Below, piece by piece: positions 1 to 10,189 of a stretch of DNA of 64,000 nucleotides. The DNA is from Leucoraja ocellata (taxonomy: Eukaryota), in contig JAWMAR010000069.1 in the NCBI GenBank assembly GCA_036785375.1, positions 7,192,001-7,256,000 on the forward strand, written 5' to 3'. Each line of letters opens with the position of its first letter. Within the stretch, counting starts at the first letter, position 1. Made by a program: the position numbers and the translations under genes. Below the pieces are notes generated by a model. It was not told the origin of the DNA, made no database searches, and saw only the letters and a program-made list of their open reading frames with translations.

Positions 1-1328
1 TGTAGAAAGCAAATATGTGGCCTATTTCTGTCCTATAAATAATTTTAATGCCTTGTTAGATTCTAGATCTTGGCTTTCCAAATTGGAAGGAGTGTGGTGC
101 CCAGAGCTAGAAATGCAAAGTTAAGGGTTTTCAACATCTTAAAGTTTCCAACAATATAATGTTATACTTTACTTTAATCCGATGAGATATGAAAAGTTTG
201 TGACTTTTCTCCAGTTGTTTCGTGCTCTCTTTCCATCAGACAAAAAGGCCAAAAATTGATCAAGAATGCACAAGTAAAATTTGACAGCTAAAAATACGAT
301 GACCTAATTCTGCCAAAGAGAAGCCTGAGTACCAAATATTTTAAAACACCAAATACATGTTCTGGGGAAGGACTGTCTTGTGCAAGGATCCCAGGCTTGG
401 GTTGCCTATCATGTTCCAAACCCAGGAGATTGTGTATGATGGAATAAGCATTGACACAAATGAATTTCCACAAAGGATTTCCTCCACAATCCACTATCAT
501 GGTTCAGTATGCGGAAGAAATGCGTTAGAGAGTAGGTTAGTTGTGAGTGTGGAGCTTAGATGTTGATCAGAGAGAGGACCACAAGGTGTTGGGATGTGAG
601 TGGAAGATTAGCACTGATTCTGATGTTATTCAGTTCTGGCTGCATAGATAATATGGCAGGAGAGGGGAATTCAACATGTGGCTTTAGAGATGATTGGTGG
701 GGTAGATAAAGTAGAGTTGGGGGTGTGAGGGAGATGTTGCAAGAGAGATTGGAAACTAATTGGAGGGGCATCAGTCATAGAGAGAGAAGAAGAGGTGGGA
801 CCTGAATACATTAATGGGCACAAGAGGGAGTGATGGCAATCAGGAACTATGTAATTTGAAACGAGATATGTCCCTCTCGGGCAATAGCCCAGGTAAACTT
901 AGTCCCTTTAAATAATGCTGAGAAGGCCGTCAACCTTTAAGTAGATTAAACTTTACATTGCTGGTGTGACTATAATGGGAGGTTGAATTCTGCGCAAGAA
1001 TTGATAACAAATCTATCAGACACCTTGAGAGGTTGCTGTGCATTCCCAGATGGCTCGATGCTCATTAACATCATAAGATTAAATCTGGGTCAAATTTCAG
1101 GAGATCACTAATGGCACCCATAAAAATCCACCACATAGTGCACAGAAATTTTCCTGTACCCAACTGAACTGCCAGGACACTGAGTTTTGCACTGATCGCA
1201 AGAAGCCGGCTTGTTAACGTTGACTTCCTGGACCAGCAACTCTGGTAATGCTTATAATGTATATCATAAGCTGAATTCATATCGGGCAGCTGGAATAAAT
1301 TATTTGCGCAACCTCATTATTAATAACC

Positions 1329-1410
1329 ACAGCATGAAAGCAGGCCCTTCAGCCTAACACATCCATACAGACCAAGATGCCTATCTAAGCCATCCACATT
1401 TGCCCAGATA
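1329..1410 (-). mobile_element. CR1/HER1 LINE (or HE1 SINE) 3' tail fragment
   Basis: Reverse complement of the elasmobranch CR1/HE1 3' end (acagcatgaaagcaggcccttcagcc...), which recurs many times in the window. Confidence 0.6.
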
Positions 1411-1927
1411 TCTGAATAAGATAACCCACAGTTTGAACTGAGAAAAAGATCATTTGCGTACAATCTACAACCTGATCGACAAATTAAACAATATTAATTC
1501 ACCACGGTTCATACCTTCTACGTCATACACTATCTACTCAAACCAGGCTGAAAACCACAATGCCCCCACAAATATATTCCACATACAATTTAACATACTG
1601 TCAAAAAAATTTCATGACCGATATTTGTATCAGTAAAGTAATGAGTCACATCTAGATTACTTTCTAAAATAAAATATGAATAAACAAGATATCAAGTTGT
1701 GATATAAATACATTGTTTTTTGTGTGCTAAAAATGAATCCTCTCAAGATAATATGTGTGCTTTAGCCAAATGGTGAATCATAACAATATGTTAATATATT
1801 TAAATGGTAGAAAGACTTTTAGGGTAATGTAGATGCAGTGGGCATGAGGCGAGAGGATATGGAACGTTAATTGTTTTTGGATATATTTAACAAAGAAATA
1901 TTATATACAAAAATGGGTGGGGCAGGT

Positions 1928-2063
1928 GTTCTTCTTGTTTATGGCGTGCACAGTCTAAAGTTGTAGGTCAACTTGTTCTCTGATCATTTTGTTTGTCCAC
2001 GTCCGGTTGATTGCATTAGTCGAAACAGGGTGGACCACGTGCAGGTCACAATCTCCCACCCCA
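1928..2063 (-). mobile_element. 136-bp non-autonomous retroelement (SINE/SIDE-like) with HDV-like ribozyme head and RTE-like 3' end
   Basis: Perfect 10-bp TSD TGGGGCAGGT at 1918-1927 and 2064-2073. The minus-strand 3' end reads ...GTGCACGCCATAAACAAGAAGAAC. No tRNA A/B boxes seen. Confidence 0.8.
2009..2062 (-). ncRNA. Minimal HDV/CPEB3-like self-cleaving ribozyme motif (P4 reduced to a UUCG-containing loop)
   Basis: Minus strand: GGGGUGG-GA-GAUUGUG-ACC-UGCACGU-GGU-CCACCCU-G-UUUCGA-CUAA-UGCAAUC. This gives P1 7 bp with G1.U wobble, P2 7 bp (2 G.U), P3 3 bp, a 7-nt L3, and J4/2 CUAA with the candidate catalytic C opposite 2019. Activity untested. Confidence 0.8.
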
Positions 2064-2864
2064 TGGGGCAGGTAAAAATGACATATGATTGATATCATAT
2101 ATTTTTTGCATTGTAATCAATAAAAATAAATATTTGTGATTAGTAGAGAAAAATGATATTGCAAACAGTTATTTTCTTTCCAAAGTTGCTGATTGAAAAA
2201 TACACAAGAAACGAGGTACAAATGCATGGGGTGTATATTCTGCCCATTGACAATGAATGGATGATAACCATGCCATTAACCTAATTGCACAGTCCATTTG
2301 AATAAACTAGTATGACATCGGAGTTGCAAATAAGTGACTTGAATAAGTGACATTTCTGGTACCACGTTATAATTTGGATTACCGGAATACATTAAAGCAA
2401 AGTTCAATTTTTGTATAGTAGCTGGACACATCAATGTTTCACAAACTTTCTTTGGTAGCAGTTATTAAACCAAGCCTCATTATTCCCTCAGGTCATGATT
2501 GACCTCTATCTCATCGTGTGCGAATGTGGCGCCATGTCCAGGTACCCCATCTCATATACATTTGCAAAGAGAGCTTCATACATACAGCTTGATATCCTTA
2601 TCAAATAAACATTGTAAGGCTGAAACTTCCAAAGATCTCTACAGCCATTGGCATTTTGAGGAGATACTTCCAAGTTTAATGTCTTCTGTGCTGCTTTAGT
2701 TTCCTTCTCGCTGGCCTTTGTTTAGTATTAACTTCAAAGCTCAGAGAATATTTTTGTTACTATTCTGACTGTTTTTTTTCTTAATTAATTTTAATTTAAT
2801 CTTACTCATAGGATTTATACCTTGATGGCAATACCAGGATTATCAATTGGTCCAAAATGAGGAG

Positions 2865-3130
2865 ACAATTGAAAGTCTACCAGCTTGATGGGGCTGGAAT
2901 CACATTTTGGCCATTCCAGGTAAAGATGGAAGATTGCCTTTCCTGAAGTATATTAGTGAACCTTTAGGGTTTATAAGGAATACCCTGTTCCTGTTGCCCC
3001 TTGGTTATTATTAATTAGGCTATCTTCAATTTTTTTTTAATATTCTTCAGAGGAAATGGTGGGATTTGAACTAATGTCTAATGGAATTAATGGTCTAAAA
3101 CATTGGGTACTAGTCCAGTAACATGAAGAT
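2865..3130 (-). mobile_element. Old tRNA-headed SINE-like remnant
   Basis: ggtgggatttgaact...ctagtccagtaacat resembles a decayed reverse tRNA-derived head. A similar remnant lies near 50460-50680. Confidence 0.4.
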
Positions 3131-3664
3131 TTTTTCAACAGTCCCTTGATCACACTTGCTTCCTTCCACTCCTGTTCACTGCACTCAATTTCTCCACTTC
3201 ACATTTCCCTAACTGACAGGAAGTTTTGCAGTATTTGTACAAATTTCTTGGTGAAGTTCCACCCAAAGTGAAACAGGTGCAATTCACAGCCAAGGCTAAT
3301 ATAATTTCCCCATCATTGTGCACGCGATGAAAACATTCATCTGCGCAGTGCACATTATTTACTTAATGACCTGTGATATGTGCCCAATTCAACAAAGGGA
3401 CACCATGCTGAAAAACGTGAAGGTTACATTATTTTAAGTGAATCCCCAATCATCTCAGTGCTGACTTAGTGCTTTGCAGACTGTAAGCTACAGAGTTCAG
3501 CTACCACAATTTGTGACCTAGGTGCAGCCACTGATCGAGAGTCACTGGACAACCTGGCTGTGGGGTGTAACGAACCTACTCTATGCTCAAGAGGGGGTCT
3601 CCAATAATGCAATCACTTTAACAACTGCTGACCATTTCCTATGGGCCAGTCCGTAAATATTGTT

Positions 3665-4272
3665 TCAGTTGCCTCAGCTCCCAGCGAGCCACGCAGCCGA
3701 AGATCCCAGTGGGCCACGGCCTGTTGGCGGGAAGTCGCTGAGCCTGCCCCTGTTCAACCCCCGTGGCCAAATGCAAGACCCGGCGGCCCGTGGCCTGTAA
3801 GGGAGTGGCTGCCAAGTGGACCCTGGGTCCTGAACACCAGAGTCTAGAAGGATGGAACTGCCGATGGACAAGTCAAGCGAGCATCAAGGCCGATAGGAGA
3901 GGGACCGGGGCCTGGCCTACCGCGCCTTCATTGACACCCCGGGGGACAAAGGAGTATGGGGAGGAGAGGGGTGTCAGTTCGCAGGTTGATCCACACATCC
4001 AACGAAGGTGTTGGCTGGAGGCCTGCAGCAGCCTGGAGCTTACCTGCTCTGGGCAACGCTCATAAGAACTAGAGCGCAGACTGGACTTTGAAAATGGTGC
4101 CAAAACAAAAATGCTGCCAAACGAAAATCTTGCATGCGGGCTCAGTGAACTATTTCTGCACACTTTGCTATATTGGGTATTTTGTTTAGGTATGGGAATA
4201 CTCCACTGGACTGTTTGCAAGAAAGAATTTCACTGTGTACTTGCACATGTGACAATGAAGCACCTTTGAACT
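3665..4272 (+). mobile_element. GC-rich non-coding retroelement with Rex1/Babar-type 3' tail
   Basis: Abrupt GC-rich body ending in gaatttcactgtgtacttgcacatgtgacaat, the same tail type as the Rex1 3' ends at 6630-6815 and 51627-52025. Confidence 0.6.
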
Positions 4273-5564
4273 AAGTCGCAAGCAGCAAGGTGTGTGTGAA
4301 ATGTAAAAGCCATGTTTTACCACAATTTAAAGGGAATAAGGCATGATAATACTTTCTTAAAACAAGAATATCCCCAATTGACATCTTTTTAGATGGCATA
4401 CAATTTGGGATTTGCACTAACTTTCATGCATAAAAGATGAATGCAGTCAAATTTCCAGTCAAATTACTGCTAATTCATGATTCTCCCATCAGTAACAGCT
4501 ATCTCTTCTGCTTCTTCCTATCAAATCTATTCAACATCAAGGATTGTGCACAAAACAAAGGTGGTAGTGAAATCAATCGCTGCTGATCTTTCAATGTGCC
4601 AGGGCAGGATTGGCCTGTGATTTTTCAATGACTTAGAAACTGCTGGATTATCACAATCAAGAGATTTAATTAGCACGCATCATGTTTACCCATGAGACCA
4701 GACTCAATCGCATGACAATGTTTTGTAGCCCTAATGTGCCTGCACAAGATAACAGATAATGCATCAAGCTTATGAAAAAGGGAGTTCTTTTCATTTGCCA
4801 TATCATAATTTGTGTGTGTAATCATTCCAAAGCAACTAATTTAATAGAAAAAGATAGAAGCACAATTTTGACCCCAGTTGCAACCAAAATTACTTTCTGC
4901 CCACCTTTTCCCAATTGACCATAAGTGTGTTACAGTTTATCCTGTAATTTCATTACTTGTGAGTTTCATGTCACTTCCATTTATGAAAATAGTAATGAAC
5001 TTCTTGCTGTGAGATTATAGGATGTAATAAACTTGTTTGTCAGAAGGATAAATGGAAAATCCATCTGTACACAAGACCTAATTGCTTTCAGAGACAATGT
5101 TCTTTCTTATTACCATGCTGTGATACTCTGAGCCATGTGCTTGAAGTCACTGCACCAGGTTATGACTGGTCACAATATTTATTTAGTTCAAACCCTCAAT
5201 TTTCTTTCAGAAAAGATTCATGTAATATTTAATAACATAATACCAGAGCGCAGGAAAATATAGAACAATATATAAATCCGGAAAGATTATAATAAATAAT
5301 GTATGAATTTACAATTCATCCAGCTTCACCTAAGAATGTTTGTTTCATACAAAATAAATGAATAGATCAGATAGATAGTTTTTCTATCTGTGCAAACAAT
5401 CATTTCAGAGTGAATCATGGATTTAATTCAAATTAAACACCAAACAAATTTGCGGTGTGCCCTTTCTGCAATGTCTGCTTTGTCTTTTATTTATTATTTA
5501 CTCATGTGTATTATTTCAGAAATCCACTAACTTGCACAAAACTAAAGGAACTACTAACCATTCA

Positions 5565-5863
5565 AGTGTAAGAAGGAACTACAGATGCTGGTTTACACCG
5601 AAGATTACATTTATGACATGGTAATTTTGTTTAAAAAAAAGTGAATTATTACATATTAAAAATTAATGGTTAGTACGGTGATAGACACAAAATGCCGCAG
5701 TAACTCAGCGGGACAGGCAGCATCTCTGGATAGAAGAAATGGGTGACGTTTCGCGTTGAGTCTCCTGTCTGAAGAAGGGCTTTGACCTGAAACGTCACCC
5801 ATTTCTTCTATCCAGAGTTGTCTGGTCCTGTTGAGTTACTCCAGCATTTTGGGTCTATCTCGG
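5565..5863. mobile_element. Palindromic Penelope-like pLTR unit with hammerhead motif
   Basis: Inverted arms acacaaaatgc...gggtgacgtttc / gaaacgtcaccc...gcattttgggtct. CTGAAGA...GAAACGTC at 5769-5796. TSD tactaaccattca (5552-5564) / tattaaccattca (5864-5876). Confidence 0.8.
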
Positions 5864-6629
5864 TATTAACCATTCATATGTAATAATTTGCTTTTTTTCA
5901 ACCATAATCAACGTCATAAAGATAATTGATCTTTTCATATATTTTATGTGTTTTGGTTTCTTTATTTCCTCTTGGCATTGTTGGCAGTTGACATACAGAA
6001 AACTAAGAGTCACAAATCTGCTTCATCACAATAACTTGTTCCATCCACTTATGTATGTGCTCATTGTAGATCCTGCAAAACCAATATACAAAACATGAAG
6101 ACAAATACACATGAGGAGAGTTTGAAACAAAGTGTGGCCTTATCATTCAAATACTCATTACAGACTGCCTGTGGGAAACATTCCATGAACATTGTTAGCG
6201 CCCAGAGAACAATAAGTCATATGAAACAATCCTTAAAGAAGCAACAGTCTCAAAGCACCAATTATTGTTTACAATTAATATTATGGAAAATACACTGCCT
6301 ATCTCTGGCTGTAATGTTCTTTCTTTGGAGAAAACTATCTGACCTGCATGTGTTTCCAGAAACACTCTGAAACGGGGATTCAGAATCAACAGAAGATCAA
6401 ATTCCTTGTGACTTTACCCCAGACCTTGGTCCAACGTGTTTGAGTTACCGCGGAAAATGTGGAAATGGCTGAGCAGGACTAAGGCTGTATGCAGATATCT
6501 TCAACATTGAAACCCTCATACTAATGCTTATTGTAGACATGGTTAATATCTGACTTTACACAAAATTCAAGGTGATCTCATGCAGAACTCAGTAAATAAG
6601 GAAGCCATGCTAGGTTCTGCTAAACTCAT

Positions 6630-6815
6630 TGGTGTCCCTTGGACTATCTTTGAACAAACTTTACTGGCTTTACCTCGCATTAAATATTATTCCCTTACAT
6701 GTATCTATACCGTGTAAATGGCTCAATTGTATTTATGCATTGTCTTTCCACTGATTGGATAGCATGCAACAAAAGCTTTTTGCTGTACCTTGGTACACGT
6801 GACAATACAATATAC
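6630..6815 (+). mobile_element. Rex1/Babar LINE 3' UTR fragment
   Basis: Ends ...caacaaaagctttttgctgtaccttggtacacgtgacaat. A reverse copy lies at 51627-52025. Confidence 0.7.
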
Positions 6816-8165
6816 TGAAAAATACATTTGTTAAATATATTTATTTGCAATGCTTTAATTTCACATTCATTCATTGTACATGTACAATTATTCCAGGATG
6901 GTTTGCTCGCTGAGGATTGAGACCAGGAACTTGTGGAATTACAGCTGCAAGTCAAGGCAGTAAGAATGAAATGTCTTCTTATTTTATGGTACTATTCACT
7001 TGTCTTTTCACTTCTAAATTATATTTTCTACTAAATTTCTCCACCTGGCATATTGCTATGATTTGTTTCAATTTCTAAAAGAGTAAATCTTGACATTTGT
7101 CAGGCTGTACATTAATAAGACCAACCCAGTTATGTCCTCATTCAATGTTGCGCTAACGCACTTCCAGTGGAACTAACCTGGACTGGGAATTGTTGGTGTT
7201 CTATTAATTCAGGTGGTGGTAGAACAATTCTCCTTCCTTACCCATCACTTTGCAATCTGTTGCGGGGATAATTCTAATGAGCTGATACAATCAAATATCC
7301 TTGTGAATTATTGATGGACATGCGGCAACATATTAAACAGTAGAATTTCAGCAGAATACCATTATAATTATAGTATCGGAAGCACTCAGCAGGCCCCAAC
7401 AGTTCCGATGAAAAGATATTGAACAGAAAACTAATTACACCTGTTGTGCACTGCTTACACCATTTTGTTTCAGTTTTTGGTCTCAGCAGGATTTTCCCTT
7501 TTTAAATATAATAAGTATAACTTTCCAAACTGCAGTACAAATTAACATGCTTATTTATATTTTATTAAGTATCCCTCGTAAGTGAACATAAAGTTGCAGA
7601 AAACAAATTATTTTCTTAAGGGGAACTGACAGATACTTGCAGAGTATTTACAAAATGTGTTTTAAATTAGCCTGGTTCATTTACTTGCCGTGAATTAGTG
7701 GCTATGATTCAGATTCATTTAGTAAATATCTAATGATTAAATATGAAACCTTAATGAAGGATTAGTCACTCTATAACACAAACAGATCAACATCTTTACC
7801 TTCATTAGTTGGTACTGCTCTTTACAAGCAGACTAGTTATTGACCCAAATACTGTCACAGTCACTTTCTTATCCTCATCAACTGTTCCCCACTCCAATAT
7901 ATTCATTGTTGATTCAAACAGAAAGTTCTTCCTTTCCACCTTAAAATGGTAAATTGCTGCTACCATAAGCATTACTGTTCAAGGCTAAAAATTTCTGGAC
8001 GATTTGAAGAGTTACCCACTTAATGAGCTGCCAAGAGAACATTTTCCAAATCTAATAAGGTTTTCATAGATTTTAAAGTTCTTAAGAACACATAATATCA
8101 GCAATTTGTCCTGGAGCAGCCACATTGAAGCTATGGCAAAGGTAGCACACCAACACATAGACTTA

Positions 8166-8499
8166 TGGCCCTGTCCCACTGTACGAGTTCATTCAAGTGC
8201 TCTCCCGAGTTTAAAAAAACAATCAAACTCGTGGTAAGCACGTAGAATTAACGTAGTGGGTACGTCGGAGCTCGGGGATGTCTCTTAGCGGCTCGTAACG
8301 CTAACGGCAGGTACTCGGGAAGACTTGCTAATGGCAGGTAAGCTCGGGAAGACTCGTGAAGATTTTCAACATATTGAAAAATGTGAAAAGTGAGAGCCCC
8401 GAGTACTTACAAGCGGTCATTACCATAATTTCTCTGAATTCGAATCAGGGCAAACTCGGGAGAACTCTTTGAATGAACTCGAACAGTGGGACAGGGCTT
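8166..8499. mobile_element. PIF/Harbinger-type MITE
   Basis: ~46-bp imperfect TIRs starting TGGCCCTGTCCCACT and ending AGTGGGACAGGGCTT. TTA on both sides (8163-8165, 8500-8502). Confidence 0.8.
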
Positions 8500-8547
8500 T
8501 TAGGAAGTTCGGAATGTCCCCAACAAGCCTCACCAACTTCTACAGAT

Positions 8548-8718
8548 CAAGTCAAGTCAAGAGAGTTTATTGTCATGTGACCCAGATAGGACAATGACAT
8601 TCTTGCTTACTGCAGCACAACAGAATATTGTAGGCATAAATACAGATCAGATCAGTGTGTTCATATACCATAGAATATATACATACACACATAAATAAAC
8701 AGATAAAGTGCAATAGGT
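8548..8718 (-). mobile_element. Rex1-type 3' tail insertion with (CTTGA)n end
   Basis: caagtcaagtcaagagagtttattgtcatgtg... is a reversed 3' tail inserted into the Rex1 fragment. Confidence 0.65.
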
Positions 8719-9176
8719 CATGTAGGCACATAAAGGTATTTTATCAGGATATATCGCAGCATGGTTTGAGATGGCTCCATCCAAGACCACACAAAATTGC
8801 AGAGTTGTTAATATAGCCCAGACCATCATGCAAACCAATCTCCCTTCCATAGAATCCATCTACACTGCCTCAGCAAGGCCACCAGCATAATGAAGGACTA
8901 GTCTCGCCTTAGTCACAGCCTCTTTTCCTCTCTCCCTTCAAGCAAGCATTACAGAAGCTTGAAAATGCATACCTTCAGATTCTGGGACAGTTTCTTCCCA
9001 GCTGTTATCAGGCACCTAAAGCATCCTCTCACCAGCTGAAGTCTGGTCCTGACCTCCCATCTACCTCATTGGAGACCTGTATCTGTAACCTGTGGATGTC
9101 TTGTTTGTGATGAATTCCAATTCGTTCTTCACTTCATCTGCTGCAAAAGCAAAAGATATTTTCCTTTTTCTGACAT

Positions 9177-9886
9177 GAATCGCAATTACAATCCCAATCG
9201 CAATAATACATACGAGGAATCTCATTTGCCAAGTCAGTCATACAAATAAAAAGCAACGGACCACACAAAATACATTTTAACATAAACATCCACCACAGTG
9301 ACTCCTCCGCATTCCTCACTGTGATGGAAGGCGAAAAAAATTCTTCCCTTCTTTGCTCTCCTGCAGTCGGGGGCCTCGAGCCCTCCACTGACGGGCCGAT
9401 CTTGCCACCGTAGCCGGCGGCGTTTGGGCCCGCTGCATTGGGGCAATCATCTCCTGCAATGGGGGTATGTCAGCTTCCCCGTGCCGGCGATTGAACCCCA
9501 TTTCAGGGCTGGTTGAACGTCTGCGTCATTGGGGCTTCCCCACTGCAATCTCGCAAGACTGCGAGCTCGCGATGGTAAAGTCCGCAGGCCACAGTTGGAG
9601 CGATCCCAGGCAAGGGATCGGCTCTGCTGTGGGGCTCAAGGTCAGCTCGAGGAGGCCTCCAGCTCCATCGATGTTAGGCCGCAGAGCGACCAGAGATACG
9701 ATCCAGAAAACAATCGCAAGGAAGGAAACTGAAAAAAAAGTTTCCCCCAACCCACTCCCGCTCACCCCCCCCCCCCCACATAAAACAATCCGGAGAACAC
9801 ACTTTTAAAACACACTAAAAAAAATTTTTAAAGATGAAAAAACAGACAGACTGTTGACAGGGGTGCCAATCGTGCAGCACCCCTTG
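9177..9886 (-). mobile_element. GC-rich non-coding retroelement, copy A
   Basis: Shares the 5' head (ggtgctgca...ggca...acagtctgtctgt), G-run, ccatcacagtga-type hairpin and tail organisation with 23082-23893 and 29181-29994. Confidence 0.7.
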
Positions 9887-10189
9887 GATATAAGACTCAT
9901 TAAACCTTGGATATGAAACACCATCTAGATCCTTATTCTCTATTTTCTGACCCCAATCATCCTTCTATTTGACCTGGTCCATGTTTTTTTCCTCACCTGA
10001 GCAACCAGTCTTCAGCAAAGATTGCAACAGCATTCCTAAGGCCCCACATCAATTAATTTTGATTTGTGGTGGCATAAAGTCAGACAGCATGGAAACGTGG
10101 CCTTCCTCCCAACATCCTCATGCTAACCAATATGCCTAATTCTACCCTCTAATTCTGTCTATACCTTTTTTTTAATTACTGTTTCCATT

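Larger units (their letters stand above)
8070..9100 (+). mobile_element. Rex1/Babar LINE, decayed RT C-terminus and 3' region, interrupted by two insertions
   Basis: Translatable remnants FKFL, NLSWSSHIEAMAK, RKFGMSPTSLTNFYR, QTNLPSIESIYT and RFWDSFFPAVIR are typical of Rex1/Babar ORF ends. Confidence 0.8.

Noticed and set aside
277-800. Possible old minus-strand Penelope remnant
   Set aside because: The purine-rich texture is suggestive, but no motif could be read with confidence.
6897-6959. Exon-like segment (ttccag...GCA|gtaaga)
   Set aside because: It lies upstream of the promoter with no partner exons or recognisable peptide. Such signals arise by chance.
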